55,132 bases of DNA from Patescibacteria group bacterium (GTDB lineage Bacteria > Patescibacteriota > Minisyncoccia > Phycocordibacterales > SBAW01), in NCBI GenBank assembly GCA_028871115.1, contig JAGWOD010000004.1, forward strand, positions 1-55,132, given 5' to 3'. The notes beneath the pieces were generated by a model. The model was not told the DNA's origin. It ran no database searches and saw only the letters and a program-made list of their open reading frames with translations. Numbering within the stretch: the stretch's first letter is position 1; each line of letters starts with the position of its first letter. This document shows positions 1-8,567 of this stretch, piece by piece. The position numbers and the translations under genes are program-made.

Positions 1-46
1 TGGCCATACGGCTGCCTGATACAGCCTCGAGCGAATAGTCGCACAT
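1..46 (-). CDS. 5' end of a conserved hypothetical protein (MCDYSL... N-terminus), runs off the window
   Basis: Minus strand ATG at 46 reads MCDYSLEAVSGSRMA; GGAGG at 56-60. Not in the ORF track. Confidence 0.65.
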   Translation of the reverse strand, partial: MCDYSLEAVSGSRMA

Positions 47-152
47 CGTCTTTTTCCTCCTGCGAACAGTTAAGGATTGTGAGAACCCGAATGAGCTCCC
101 ATATGCGAGAGTACTCCGGGAGCAGAGAAGAGACAAGCGCTCCTGGAGTGAA

Positions 153-470
153 CTAATGAGCGAGCCTTGGTATTCGCTGAAGCGCTTTACATATGTCCAT
201 GAGAAGAGCCAAAAACGCTACGGCAGCAATGAAGAGAGCCCCCTGCACGAGCAATTTCGTCTTAGCTATGGCTGTCGTCAAGAACAGAGCTGAACCTCCT
301 ACTCCGACTTGAGAGAGATTTTGAAGTACGTGTGGTACAGAGACGAATGATGCAATACCGAGGAGTGAGAGCGCGAGGAAATATGACTCAAGCGCTGTTC
401 TGCTCATAAGGAGGCGCCCAAAATAAATGAGGCGCACGGTGGCCATGGTTCGCTGTTCAATCGTGCTCAT
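153..470 (-). CDS. Small membrane protein downstream of the ECF sigma factor (possible anti-sigma or partner)
   Basis: 105 aa with hydrophobic segments; starts 18 nt after the sigma gene stop on the same strand. Confidence 0.7.
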   Translation of the reverse strand: MSTIEQRTMATVRLIYFGRLLMSRTALESYFLALSLLGIASFVSVPHVLQNLSQVGVGGSALFLTTAIAKTKLLVQGALFIAAVAFLALLMDICKALQRIPRLAH

Positions 471-488
471 ACGATAAAAATACTCATA

Positions 489-1070
489 TCAGGCCCCAAT
501 GGTTTCATAGACCTCCCGAAACTCTTTCTTGGCGCGGTGCACTCTCGTTTTTACAGCTCCCACCGAAATGCCTTCGCGGCGGGCGATCTCTTCTTGCGAA
601 AGGCCATCGATAAAAAAGAGCGAGAGTACTCGGGCAAAAAGCGGGGACATGCGCACGAGGACCGAGGCTATAAGGTCCTCAAATTCCTTCTTTTCAAACT
701 GGCGGAGGTTCTTGTCAGGGATAAGCTCAAAGAGTTCAGGCTCGAGATCTGCCCGGACACCCTGCTCCCTGCGACGCTTTGCATAATGCGTAAGCGAGGT
801 GTTGATGAGTATACGCCATGCCCAAGAGCTAAATTGGGCTCCTTCCTGCTTCTTAAACTTCGAAGCGTTGAGATAAATTTTAGTGAACGTTTCCTGAACA
901 ATATCCTGCGCTTCCTCGGAAGAATGGATGATGGACTCTGCTCTGCGCAAAAATTGTGCTTCGTACTTACGCACGAGAAAAGCAAACAGCGAAGGTTGCG
1001 CGAGAGACGCCGTAAGAAGCTCTCCATCACTGAGATGTTCTAGGTGCTCCTCTTCAAGATATCCCTTCAT
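489..1070 (-). CDS. ECF-type RNA polymerase sigma-70 factor
   Basis: Region 2 (AQDIVQETFTKIY, FSSWAWRI) and region 4 HTH (LSQEEIA...GAVKTRVHRAK); start trimmed to ATG 1070, preceded by TACAGT-N6. Confidence 0.93.
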   Translation of the reverse strand: MKGYLEEEHLEHLSDGELLTASLAQPSLFAFLVRKYEAQFLRRAESIIHSSEEAQDIVQETFTKIYLNASKFKKQEGAQFSSWAWRILINTSLTHYAKRRREQGVRADLEPELFELIPDKNLRQFEKKEFEDLIASVLVRMSPLFARVLSLFFIDGLSQEEIARREGISVGAVKTRVHRAKKEFREVYETIGA

Positions 1071-1185
1071 GGCCACACTGTACAACATGGAAGATACAAT
1101 ATCTACAACATTCAAAAACAATCATACGTTACAGAGCCTTCGCATACGGCGTTCCCTGTCACGTCTAGGTATATACGTTCTTTTC

Positions 1186-1240
1186 TAGACAAGGAGAAAA
1201 ATGTGAGTACAATACAGCCATTGCCCTCGGGCAATTTTTT
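1186..1240 (+). promoter_or_regulatory. efp promoter and 5' leader hairpin
   Basis: TAGACA(1186)-N16-TACAAT(1208), then ATTGCC-CTCG-GGCAAT (1220-1235) and a T-run. Confidence 0.55.
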
Positions 1241-1246
1241 ATTGTC

Positions 1247-1813
1247 ATGGCCATGCTTGAATACAACGAAATACTTCCTAAAAAAGTAATACTCCTCGAC
1301 GAGCAGCCCTACGAGGTGCTCGATGCACACGTCTTTCGCAAGCAGCAGCGCAAACCAGTCAATCAAACTAAATTGCGCCACCTCATCACCGGCAAAGTGA
1401 CCGAGCAGGCATTCCATGTCTCCGAAAAGGTTGAAGAGGCTGATCTTTCGACGCGGCCAATAAAATTCCTTTATGAAAATCGAGGCGAGTATTATTTCTG
1501 TGCTCCGGATAACCCCCGCGAGCGATTCAGTCTACAGGCAGACGTTATAGGGAGTGGCAGAGCATTTATGAAGCAAAATTCGGTCGCTGATGCACTTATT
1601 TTCAATGAGCAGATCATTGCACTCAAAATTCCTGTTAAAGTCGATCTCGTTGTTAAAGAGGCTCCCCCCGCCGTCAAAGGCGACACAAGACAGGGTGGCA
1701 GCAAACAGATAACGCTCGAAACTGGAGCCACTATCAACGCTCCCCTCTTTATTAACGAGGGAGACGTGGTGCGAATAAACACGGAGCTCGGCACCTACGT
1801 CGAGCGAGCGTAA
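1247..1813 (+). CDS. efp: Elongation factor P
   Basis: KOW/OB layout, FLY..GEYYF, C-terminal PAVKGDT..GGSK..TLETGA.I.APLFINEGD.VRINT..G.YVER. Confidence 0.97.
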   Translation: MAMLEYNEILPKKVILLDEQPYEVLDAHVFRKQQRKPVNQTKLRHLITGKVTEQAFHVSEKVEEADLSTRPIKFLYENRGEYYFCAPDNPRERFSLQADVIGSGRAFMKQNSVADALIFNEQIIALKIPVKVDLVVKEAPPAVKGDTRQGGSKQITLETGATINAPLFINEGDVVRINTELGTYVERA

Positions 1814-1819
1814 AAGGAA

Positions 1820-1846
1820 AAGGCCGCCAAGGAGGCGGCCTTTTTT
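1820..1846 (+). terminator. Intrinsic terminator after efp (probably bidirectional)
   Basis: AAGGCCGCC-AAGGA-GGCGGCCTT followed by a T-run; A-rich on the other side. Confidence 0.85.
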
Positions 1847-2480
1847 ATAGAAATTCATCGCACGCTCGTTCAACCGACATGGCCATCTCGGCGATAATCG
1901 GCAATTTGCTGATCATCCACTCGATACCTTTGGAATTGAACCTGGCCTGAAGCCACTGACGATAGATTCGATCGAAGAAGCGATGGGGGCTAAACGGTAG
2001 CTCCCGGATCTCGACATGGAAGAATGTCCTCGCCTCGTCTACGAGAATCCCTGAACCGACGAATGCGACTGGTTCGAGACTGCGTATCCTGGGGAGAAGC
2101 GACTGCAACTCGCTCTTGATGACTCGCAATCGCACGCCGATCGGATACTGCTCAAGTGCTGAGTTGAGAAGATGAAATTCCCATACGAGGGTTTCAGCTT
2201 CAAGCACCACGCCGTCACATAGCTTCCAGGCCTTGTTGCGGTGATGGGGTACTTCCTTATAGCAGCGGGGGTAAAGCCCCACTACCCCACACACGCTAGT
2301 GTAGAGTGGGTCGCCGTATTTTTTACGCTGTACGGCTTCATGCCAGGCGCATATGCGCTCCACGATGCCCATGCCACCGCAGGAAAAGAAGAGGCGCCAC
2401 CAGGTCCGTCTTGCTCGCCCTCCGTGGGTACGAGCGAGACGCTTAGGCGCCTGAGCGCCTGAAAACACGCGTTCACTCAT
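1845..2480 (-). CDS. Hypothetical orphan protein
   Basis: 211 aa ORF filling the gap between two terminators; GGAGG SD about 10 nt upstream; no recognisable motif. Confidence 0.65.
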   Translation of the reverse strand: MSERVFSGAQAPKRLARTHGGRARRTWWRLFFSCGGMGIVERICAWHEAVQRKKYGDPLYTSVCGVVGLYPRCYKEVPHHRNKAWKLCDGVVLEAETLVWEFHLLNSALEQYPIGVRLRVIKSELQSLLPRIRSLEPVAFVGSGILVDEARTFFHVEIRELPFSPHRFFDRIYRQWLQARFNSKGIEWMISKLPIIAEMAMSVERACDEFL

Positions 2481-2569
2481 GTACCCTATTCCTCCAACAG
2501 ATGAATGGAACTAGCTCATAGCATTTTTACGACGTAATAGATTGCTGTCAAGATATTTCGGTATCACCT

Positions 2570-2599
2570 AAAACCCGCCAGGATACCGGCGGGTTTTTC
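2570..2599 (-). terminator. Intrinsic terminator after rpsF-ssb-rpsR
   Basis: AAAACCCGCC...GGCGGGTTTT inverted repeat with T tracts on both strands. Confidence 0.8.
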
Positions 2600-2613
2600 T
2601 TTAGGAGAATAAC

Positions 2614-2811
2614 TTATCGAATCACGTATGGGAGAAGCGCCATGTAGCGCGCCCGTTTGACTGCCTGAGCGAGGGAGCGCTGTCCTGCAGCGGAGAGTCT
2701 GGTGCGTCGGCGAGAGAGAATCTTTCCATAGGGATTAAGAAAGCGCTTCAAGACCTCGATGTCCTTGTAATCAAAGTAGGGATTTGGCGGAAGTCGCAGT
2801 TCAGTAGGCAT
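2614..2811 (-). CDS. rpsR: 30S ribosomal protein S18
   Basis: FDYKD..LKRFL...GKILSRRRT...[17 protein letters not shown]; rpsF-ssb-rpsR synteny. Confidence 0.97.
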   Translation of the reverse strand: MPTELRLPPNPYFDYKDIEVLKRFLNPYGKILSRRRTRLSAAGQRSLAQAVKRARYMALLPYVIR

Positions 2812-2829
2812 AAATAAGTTAAATGAAAA

Positions 2830-3261
2830 TTAAAACGGTATATCGTCAGGGTTAATATCCTCCTCAGGATAGGCAATTCCCTCTTCCTCCTTGGGAGGAG
2901 CTTTCTTACTTGCCTTCTCCTCGGAAGGGCTTTCTCCCCCTGCGCGAGGACCAAATTGGATACGCTCGGCGATGATCTCGGTGCGGTACTGCTTACCCTT
3001 GTCACCTTCCCAACTGCGGGTCTGTATGCGGCCTTCAATAAATGCTGAGCTCCCTTTCTTGAGATACTGAGAGACAGTGTCTGCTTGTCGGCCAAAGACT
3101 ACGATGTTGTGAAATTCAGTTGCCTCTTCCCATTTTTCATTCCGCTTAAAGCGGCGGTTAGTGGCGAGCCCGAAGGAGGCAACCTGGATGCCCGAGGGAA
3201 GCGAGCGAAGTTCAGGATCGCGCGTGAGATTGCCAAAGAGAAATATTTTGTTGATGTACAT
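2830..3261 (-). CDS. ssb: Single-stranded DNA-binding protein
   Basis: NKIFLFGNLTRDPELR, EGRIQTRSW, acidic tail ending DDIPF. Confidence 0.98.
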   Translation of the reverse strand: MYINKIFLFGNLTRDPELRSLPSGIQVASFGLATNRRFKRNEKWEEATEFHNIVVFGRQADTVSQYLKKGSSAFIEGRIQTRSWEGDKGKQYRTEIIAERIQFGPRAGGESPSEEKASKKAPPKEEEGIAYPEEDINPDDIPF

Positions 3262-3266
3262 ACCGA

Positions 3267-3782
3267 TTATTGTACGAGCGCTTCAAGGGACTTCTCAAGT
3301 TCTTCCTCAGAAACCTGGCCAGTGCCCTTTTCCTGAGTCGTCTTCTTCTGAATAGTCTCACCCTCCAGGCGATCGGAAGCAAAAACAGCGCGCGGGGCAA
3401 AGGTGGGGACCTCCCGAACCGTGTGAATGAGGAGAAAGCGAATGATCTCGCGATCGCTCCGGAGCATATCCTCAAGCGCAGGAATGATCTGCGAAGACGC
3501 TTCGAATTTGATCCAGGTAAAATAGCCTTCCGTATATTTTTCGCGCTTCCCTGCAATCGAGCGTTCAATGCGGTAGGAGAACGTTATTCGCTTTGGAGCA
3601 CCCTCAGCAAGAATACTGCCGCCCCCCTTCTCAAGAGCCTCTCTCACACGGCCAAGAACCGAAGTAGCTTCCGCTTCGGAGAGCGTGGGGACGACATGAA
3701 AGCCCGCTTCATAGACGGCTCCTAGGTCGGCTTCGTTCGCTTGGGTGAAGGATCCCTCGGGACCCTGCGACATTTCTGCCAT
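3267..3782 (-). CDS. rpsF: 30S ribosomal protein S6 with N- and C-terminal extensions
   Basis: YE...P.LSE, FSYRIE...EGYF, IIRFLLI; position upstream of ssb. Confidence 0.9.
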   Translation of the reverse strand: MAEMSQGPEGSFTQANEADLGAVYEAGFHVVPTLSEAEATSVLGRVREALEKGGGSILAEGAPKRITFSYRIERSIAGKREKYTEGYFTWIKFEASSQIIPALEDMLRSDREIIRFLLIHTVREVPTFAPRAVFASDRLEGETIQKKTTQEKGTGQVSEEELEKSLEALVQ

Positions 3783-3818
3783 GGAGCGATACTAGCACGC
3801 TGATACTACCCCTGCAAC

Positions 3819-4610
3819 TTAGAAATCAAAACCGAAAGTGCGAGAGACGTTTTCCATAATATGTTCTTTCATACGCTCAAGCGGAATCTCCTTCAGCTGC
3901 GCGAGGCGCTGCACTGTTTCAATAACATAGGAGGGCTCGTTACGTTTCCCCCGGTGGGGCACGGGGGCCGCAAACGGAGCATCGGTCTCCGAAAGTATTC
4001 GTTCAAGGGGTGTCATGCGCACTATCTCATCATACTCACTGGTGAAGGTAATAATGCCGGGGAAGGACAAGAAACATCCGCGCTCGAGGTAGCGGGACGC
4101 CATCTCCGCATTACCCGTGAAAAAATGCATCACTGCCCGCACCCCTCTGTGCTCTGCGAGGATTTCAAGCATATCCCGATGGGCATTCATGGAATTACGG
4201 GTGGGGCGGCAGTGCACCATGAGAGGTTTCCCTACTTCCTCGGCAAGACGGATATGGGCCTCAAGACGCTCGCGCTGCCGTGCGCGCACTGCCTCGCTCG
4301 GTTCCTGACGGTAGTAATCGAGTCCGCACTCCCCTATTGCCAGAGTGAGAGGATTGCGGGCAAGCTCCCCAAATGAGGCCGTATCAAAGGCCTCCTCGGG
4401 CACATCGTTTGGATGAAGCCCTACTGCCGCGCGCAGAAAATCATGTGTCTCTGAAAGTTTTAGAGCTTCTTTGCTCGTTTTAAGATCAACGCCAACCACA
4501 AGAGCACCAACCCCTCGCTCACGCATGCGCAGAAGTACTGCCTCTCTATCTTCCTCGTATGAGGAGAGTTGTGGATGGCAATGTGAATCGAAATATCTAA
4601 GCGCTCTCAC
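3819..4610 (-). CDS. tatD: TatD family deoxyribonuclease
   Basis: DSHCH, GLHP, IGECGLDY, VHCR, MHFF, SETDAPF, RNEP; follows metG. Confidence 0.96.
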   Translation of the reverse strand: MRALRYFDSHCHPQLSSYEEDREAVLLRMRERGVGALVVGVDLKTSKEALKLSETHDFLRAAVGLHPNDVPEEAFDTASFGELARNPLTLAIGECGLDYYRQEPSEAVRARQRERLEAHIRLAEEVGKPLMVHCRPTRNSMNAHRDMLEILAEHRGVRAVMHFFTGNAEMASRYLERGCFLSFPGIITFTSEYDEIVRMTPLERILSETDAPFAAPVPHRGKRNEPSYVIETVQRLAQLKEIPLERMKEHIMENVSRTFGFDF

Positions 4611-4643
4611 TCAATTACTCTACCTTAGAAAGAACCTGGGATC

Positions 4644-6086
4644 TCATTTTCTGAGAAACAGTGTCTCTGGCTTTTTATTCTCTTGTATCGCGACCCATAT
4701 CTTGCGGGCCGTAGCGGGAATAACCGGTTCAAGCATAACAACGATAGCCGCGAGGCCAGCGACAAGCTCCGAGATACACTCCCTTCCTTTCTCGGGGTTC
4801 TCTTTCACCACCTTAAATGGCGCTGTTGCAGTTATTTTTTGATCAAGCTTCTGCACCGCTGTGGCAATAAGCTCCGCTGCGGCATTGACCTCAAATCGGT
4901 CGAGCGCCTCTGAGAATTCTCTCGGGAACGCGAGACGTGGAAGCGCAACAGGCTCCGGGAGATGGGACTCGGCAAGTGTGAGAATGCGTGCGGCAAGATT
5001 GCCGAGACCGTTTGCGAGATCGGCGTTATACGCATCCTTGAAGCTCTCGCGGGTAAGTTCACTGTCCTCAAACGGAGAGATGTGGCGGGCGAGATAAAAG
5101 CGCAGCGCGTCAGCCCCGTACGCTGTGATAAGTTCCTCCGGATCGATGACGTTTCCGAGACTTTTGGACATCTTCCGTCCGCCTGAAACGATGAATCCGT
5201 GCACGAGCAACGCCTTGGGAAGCGGGAGGTTCGCTGAGAGAAGCATGGCGGGCCAGATCGCCGCATGAAATCGCAAAATGTCTTTACCCATGACATGCAC
5301 CTGGGCGGGCCAGAATTGCCGGTAAAGTTCCTCATCGCTCTGGCCGAATCCAAGCGCCGTCAGATAATTCGCGAGCGCATCACACCACACATACATGACT
5401 TGGGTTTTGTCTCCCGGAACCGGAACGCCAATCGATCCTGCACTGGTGGGTCTCGAGAAACTGACATCCTGGAGCCCCTCGCGCAGGAGAGAGAGGATTT
5501 CATGCTTACGGGTCTCCGGAAAAATTGCGATCTCTCCTGATTCTATATGAGCCCGGACCGTCTCACTGTAGCGGGAGAGACGAAAGAAGTAGTTCTCTTC
5601 GCGTACCACCTTCGGTACTTCTCCGTGTTCGGGACACTTACCATCGACAAGATCCTTGGGGGTAAGAAATGCTTCATGTCCTACGCAGTAGAGTCCTTCG
5701 TATTCCTTTTTATATATATCCCCAGAGGCTTGGAGTTTTTGCCAGAGAAGCTGCGCGCCCGGCCAGTGCGCTTTTTCATCTGAGGTACGAATAAATTGAT
5801 CGTAGGAGATATCAAGCTCGGAGAAGAGATTCTTGAAATTTGCTACAACACCCTCCAAAAAATCCTCCGGGCGCTGCCCCACCGCCTTGGCTGCAGGAAG
5901 AATCTTCTGGGTGTTTTCGTCTGAACCCGTGAGGAAATAGACACGCTCTTCCTCCTCAGGAGCATAGCGGCCCTTGAGGCGATGATAGCGGGCAAGGATG
6001 TCGGAGACGGTCGTCGTATACGCGTGCCCGAGGTGGAGCTTCGCGTTGGGATAGAAAATGGGCGTCGTGATGTAGAAAGTGCGCAT
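4644..6086 (-). CDS. metG: Methionine--tRNA ligase (short form, no C-terminal tRNA-binding domain)
   Basis: FYITTPIFYPN, HLGH, YVWCDAL, GKDILRFH, KMSKSLGN. Confidence 0.97.
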   Translation of the reverse strand: MRTFYITTPIFYPNAKLHLGHAYTTTVSDILARYHRLKGRYAPEEEERVYFLTGSDENTQKILPAAKAVGQRPEDFLEGVVANFKNLFSELDISYDQFIRTSDEKAHWPGAQLLWQKLQASGDIYKKEYEGLYCVGHEAFLTPKDLVDGKCPEHGEVPKVVREENYFFRLSRYSETVRAHIESGEIAIFPETRKHEILSLLREGLQDVSFSRPTSAGSIGVPVPGDKTQVMYVWCDALANYLTALGFGQSDEELYRQFWPAQVHVMGKDILRFHAAIWPAMLLSANLPLPKALLVHGFIVSGGRKMSKSLGNVIDPEELITAYGADALRFYLARHISPFEDSELTRESFKDAYNADLANGLGNLAARILTLAESHLPEPVALPRLAFPREFSEALDRFEVNAAAELIATAVQKLDQKITATAPFKVVKENPEKGRECISELVAGLAAIVVMLEPVIPATARKIWVAIQENKKPETLFLRK

Positions 6087-6095
6087 GGCTCTTCA

Positions 6096-7160
6096 CTACT
6101 TTCCTTCCCCCTGGGAAACGGGCTTGCGCGTGCGACGATGCGATTCGATGTCGTTGACGAATTCGCGCAGGGCGGCGGCGAGCGGAACCGCGAGGAGCAC
6201 CCCTACAAATCCTGCAAGTTTGCCACCGACGATGAGAGCAAGAATAACGAGAAGCGGTGGAAGGCCGACCACCTTCTTCACGACGAGCGGATAAATGAGA
6301 TTCGATTCAAATTGCTGCACAATGATGAAAAGACCGAGTACCAGGAGCGCGAGCCCCGCTCCGCCGGTTGCAAACGCAATCGCGACTGAGGGAATAGCAG
6401 CGAGAATTTGGCCAAAGACCGGGATGAGCTCGAAGATGGCAGCGAGCACCGCAAGCAAAAGCGCATAGGGAACCTGGAGAATTGTGAGCCCGAGAAAGAG
6501 GAGAACTCCGATGATAAGCCCAAGCATCAGTTGTCCTTGCATCCACTTCCCTATCTTGTCTTTAGCCCGCTTCCAGAGTCCGAGAACGTAGCCGTGCTGC
6601 TCGACCGGGGTGATGATACGCAAAAAATCCTCTACCCCGGTCTCCTGTACGCAGAAGTAGAAAGAAAAGACAACTACTAGAATGAAGGAGACAATACCTC
6701 CGAAGAACGCCGAGAGTGCAGTAAGAAGACCCCCTGTCGATCCCCCGAGCGCCGAACTGAAGTTTCGAATAAGGTCAGCTGAAGAAAGGAGGCCTGCGAT
6801 ATCAGAGATGGGAAGTATGGAGGAAGAATCTGCGGAGAAATCAATAGAGTGGAGTGTATTGGGAAGTTGTGCGAGAAAGCTTGCCGCATCGTTGAGGACC
6901 GGCGGTAGGAAGAAGAGCACGATGCCAATAAAGATCGCGGCCACGATGAGGTATATGCAAATGATGGAGAGAATACGCGGCAGCCCCTGGCGCTCAAGCG
7001 CATGGATGCCCGGTTCCATCGCAGAGGCAATAACCACCGCGGTGAGAAGTATGAGAACGATATCGCGCAGGTACCACAGAAGCGCTGCCCCGATTATGAA
7101 AAGAATCGCGGTAAGAATAGTACCCGGGGTGATGCGCACCGTGATATCGCGCTGCGGCAT
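6096..7160 (-). CDS. AI-2E (PerM) family transporter
   Basis: Multi-TM; W..GQL.LG, ELIPVFG, QQFESNLIYP, GL.P...ILAL..GG..G..G.LLAVP. Confidence 0.92.
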   Translation of the reverse strand: MPQRDITVRITPGTILTAILFIIGAALLWYLRDIVLILLTAVVIASAMEPGIHALERQGLPRILSIICIYLIVAAIFIGIVLFFLPPVLNDAASFLAQLPNTLHSIDFSADSSSILPISDIAGLLSSADLIRNFSSALGGSTGGLLTALSAFFGGIVSFILVVVFSFYFCVQETGVEDFLRIITPVEQHGYVLGLWKRAKDKIGKWMQGQLMLGLIIGVLLFLGLTILQVPYALLLAVLAAIFELIPVFGQILAAIPSVAIAFATGGAGLALLVLGLFIIVQQFESNLIYPLVVKKVVGLPPLLVILALIVGGKLAGFVGVLLAVPLAAALREFVNDIESHRRTRKPVSQGEGK

Positions 7161-7172
7161 GGCGTAACTATA

Positions 7173-8564
7173 CTATGAGTGCCGTATTTTCTCCTGCACG
7201 TAGAAAGAAAGCTCCGCAAGCGCAACACGCTCCTGTGCCCCACTATCCCTCTCGCGCACGGTTACGGAATTATTCTCCAGAGTATCAAAATCGACCGTAA
7301 TGCAGAAGGGCGTCCCTATCTCATCTTGCCTTCGATAGCGCTTCCCGATATTGCCATTGTCATCCCAGAGCGTTTCGGGGATTTCCTTCTTAAGGGCTTC
7401 GTAGACACTTCGCGCTTTTGCAACAAGTTCGGGCTTATTTTTAAGAAGCGGAAATACTGCCACCTTGATCGGTGCTATGGATGGTTTGAATCTGAGTACC
7501 ACCCGCTTCTCGCCACCGATTTCGTCTTCGTGGTAGGCGTCGAGCATGGTGAAAAGAAGCGCCCGCCCAAGACCGCCGGAGGTTTCGATGATCCACGGCA
7601 GTATTTTTTCTCCAGAGTCAGTGGTATAGGTCATGGGCACTCCTGAATGTTCCTGGTGGCGGGCGAGATCCCAATCTCCCCGGTGGTGGATGCCCCACGC
7701 TTCCTTCCAGCCGAAGGGTGTGTGGTACTCAATATCCCAGGCGTCCTTGGCATAGTGCGCACGCTCATGCGCCTCATGCTGGCGAAACCGCAGGCGCTCC
7801 GCAGAGATGCCGAGCCCCTGGTACCAGTGCATACTCACTCCTTTCCAGTATTCATACTGCCGCCCTCCTTCCTCTATCTCTGGAGTGATGTAGTACTGCA
7901 ATTCCATTTGCTCGAATTCGCGGACACGGAAGAGAAAATTGCCCGGCACAATCTCATTGCGGAAGGCCTTTCCTATCTGGGCGATCCCGAAGGGAAGCTT
8001 CGGGTGGAATGCATCAACGACATTCTTGAAATTCACCTGTACGCCTTGGGTGATTTCACCGCGCAGATATACTTTTTCCTTCGCCCCTTCGACCGCGCCG
8101 ATGCCTGCTTCAACAAGAAGATTGAATATCTTCGGCTCCGTGAGTGGATTTCCTTCTGGGCTTTTCATCTTGAGCTCCGCCATCTTCTTTCCCATCTCTT
8201 CAAGAGAAAGATCATGTACGTCGACTCCCTGTTCTTCAAGCAGATGGTCGGCGCGATAGCGTTTGTGCGTCACCTTATCTTCGACTAAAGGATCGGTGAA
8301 TCCCTCCGTATGCCCGCTCGCCTTCCATACCTGCGGGTGCATCATGATGGATGCATCGAGGAGGTACGTGTCTTCGCGGGTATCGAGAAAAGTGTGCCGC
8401 CAATATTTCTTTATATTCTCATTGAGAAGCGCCCCCAGCGGCCCGTAGTCCCAGGTACCTGCGAGTCCACCATAAATCTCCGAACCCTGGAAAATAAACC
8501 CGCGGCGCTTGCACAGCGCGACAAGTTTCTCCATAGGGTCTCCTGAACTCTCTTTTGTTGCCAT
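7173..8564 (-). CDS. glyQS: Glycine--tRNA ligase, alpha2 (eukaryote-like) type
   Basis: LCKRRGF, EIYGG, QIGKAFRNEI, FRVREFEQME, GKRYRRQDEIGTPFCITVDF. Confidence 0.97.
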   Translation of the reverse strand: MATKESSGDPMEKLVALCKRRGFIFQGSEIYGGLAGTWDYGPLGALLNENIKKYWRHTFLDTREDTYLLDASIMMHPQVWKASGHTEGFTDPLVEDKVTHKRYRADHLLEEQGVDVHDLSLEEMGKKMAELKMKSPEGNPLTEPKIFNLLVEAGIGAVEGAKEKVYLRGEITQGVQVNFKNVVDAFHPKLPFGIAQIGKAFRNEIVPGNFLFRVREFEQMELQYYITPEIEEGGRQYEYWKGVSMHWYQGLGISAERLRFRQHEAHERAHYAKDAWDIEYHTPFGWKEAWGIHHRGDWDLARHQEHSGVPMTYTTDSGEKILPWIIETSGGLGRALLFTMLDAYHEDEIGGEKRVVLRFKPSIAPIKVAVFPLLKNKPELVAKARSVYEALKKEIPETLWDDNGNIGKRYRRQDEIGTPFCITVDFDTLENNSVTVRERDSGAQERVALAELSFYVQEKIRHS

Positions 8565-8567
8565 AGC

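Noticed and set aside
113..149. 11-bp inverted repeat after the ECF operon
   Set aside because: No U-tract, and it has a mismatch on the transcribed strand; cannot be called a terminator or ncRNA
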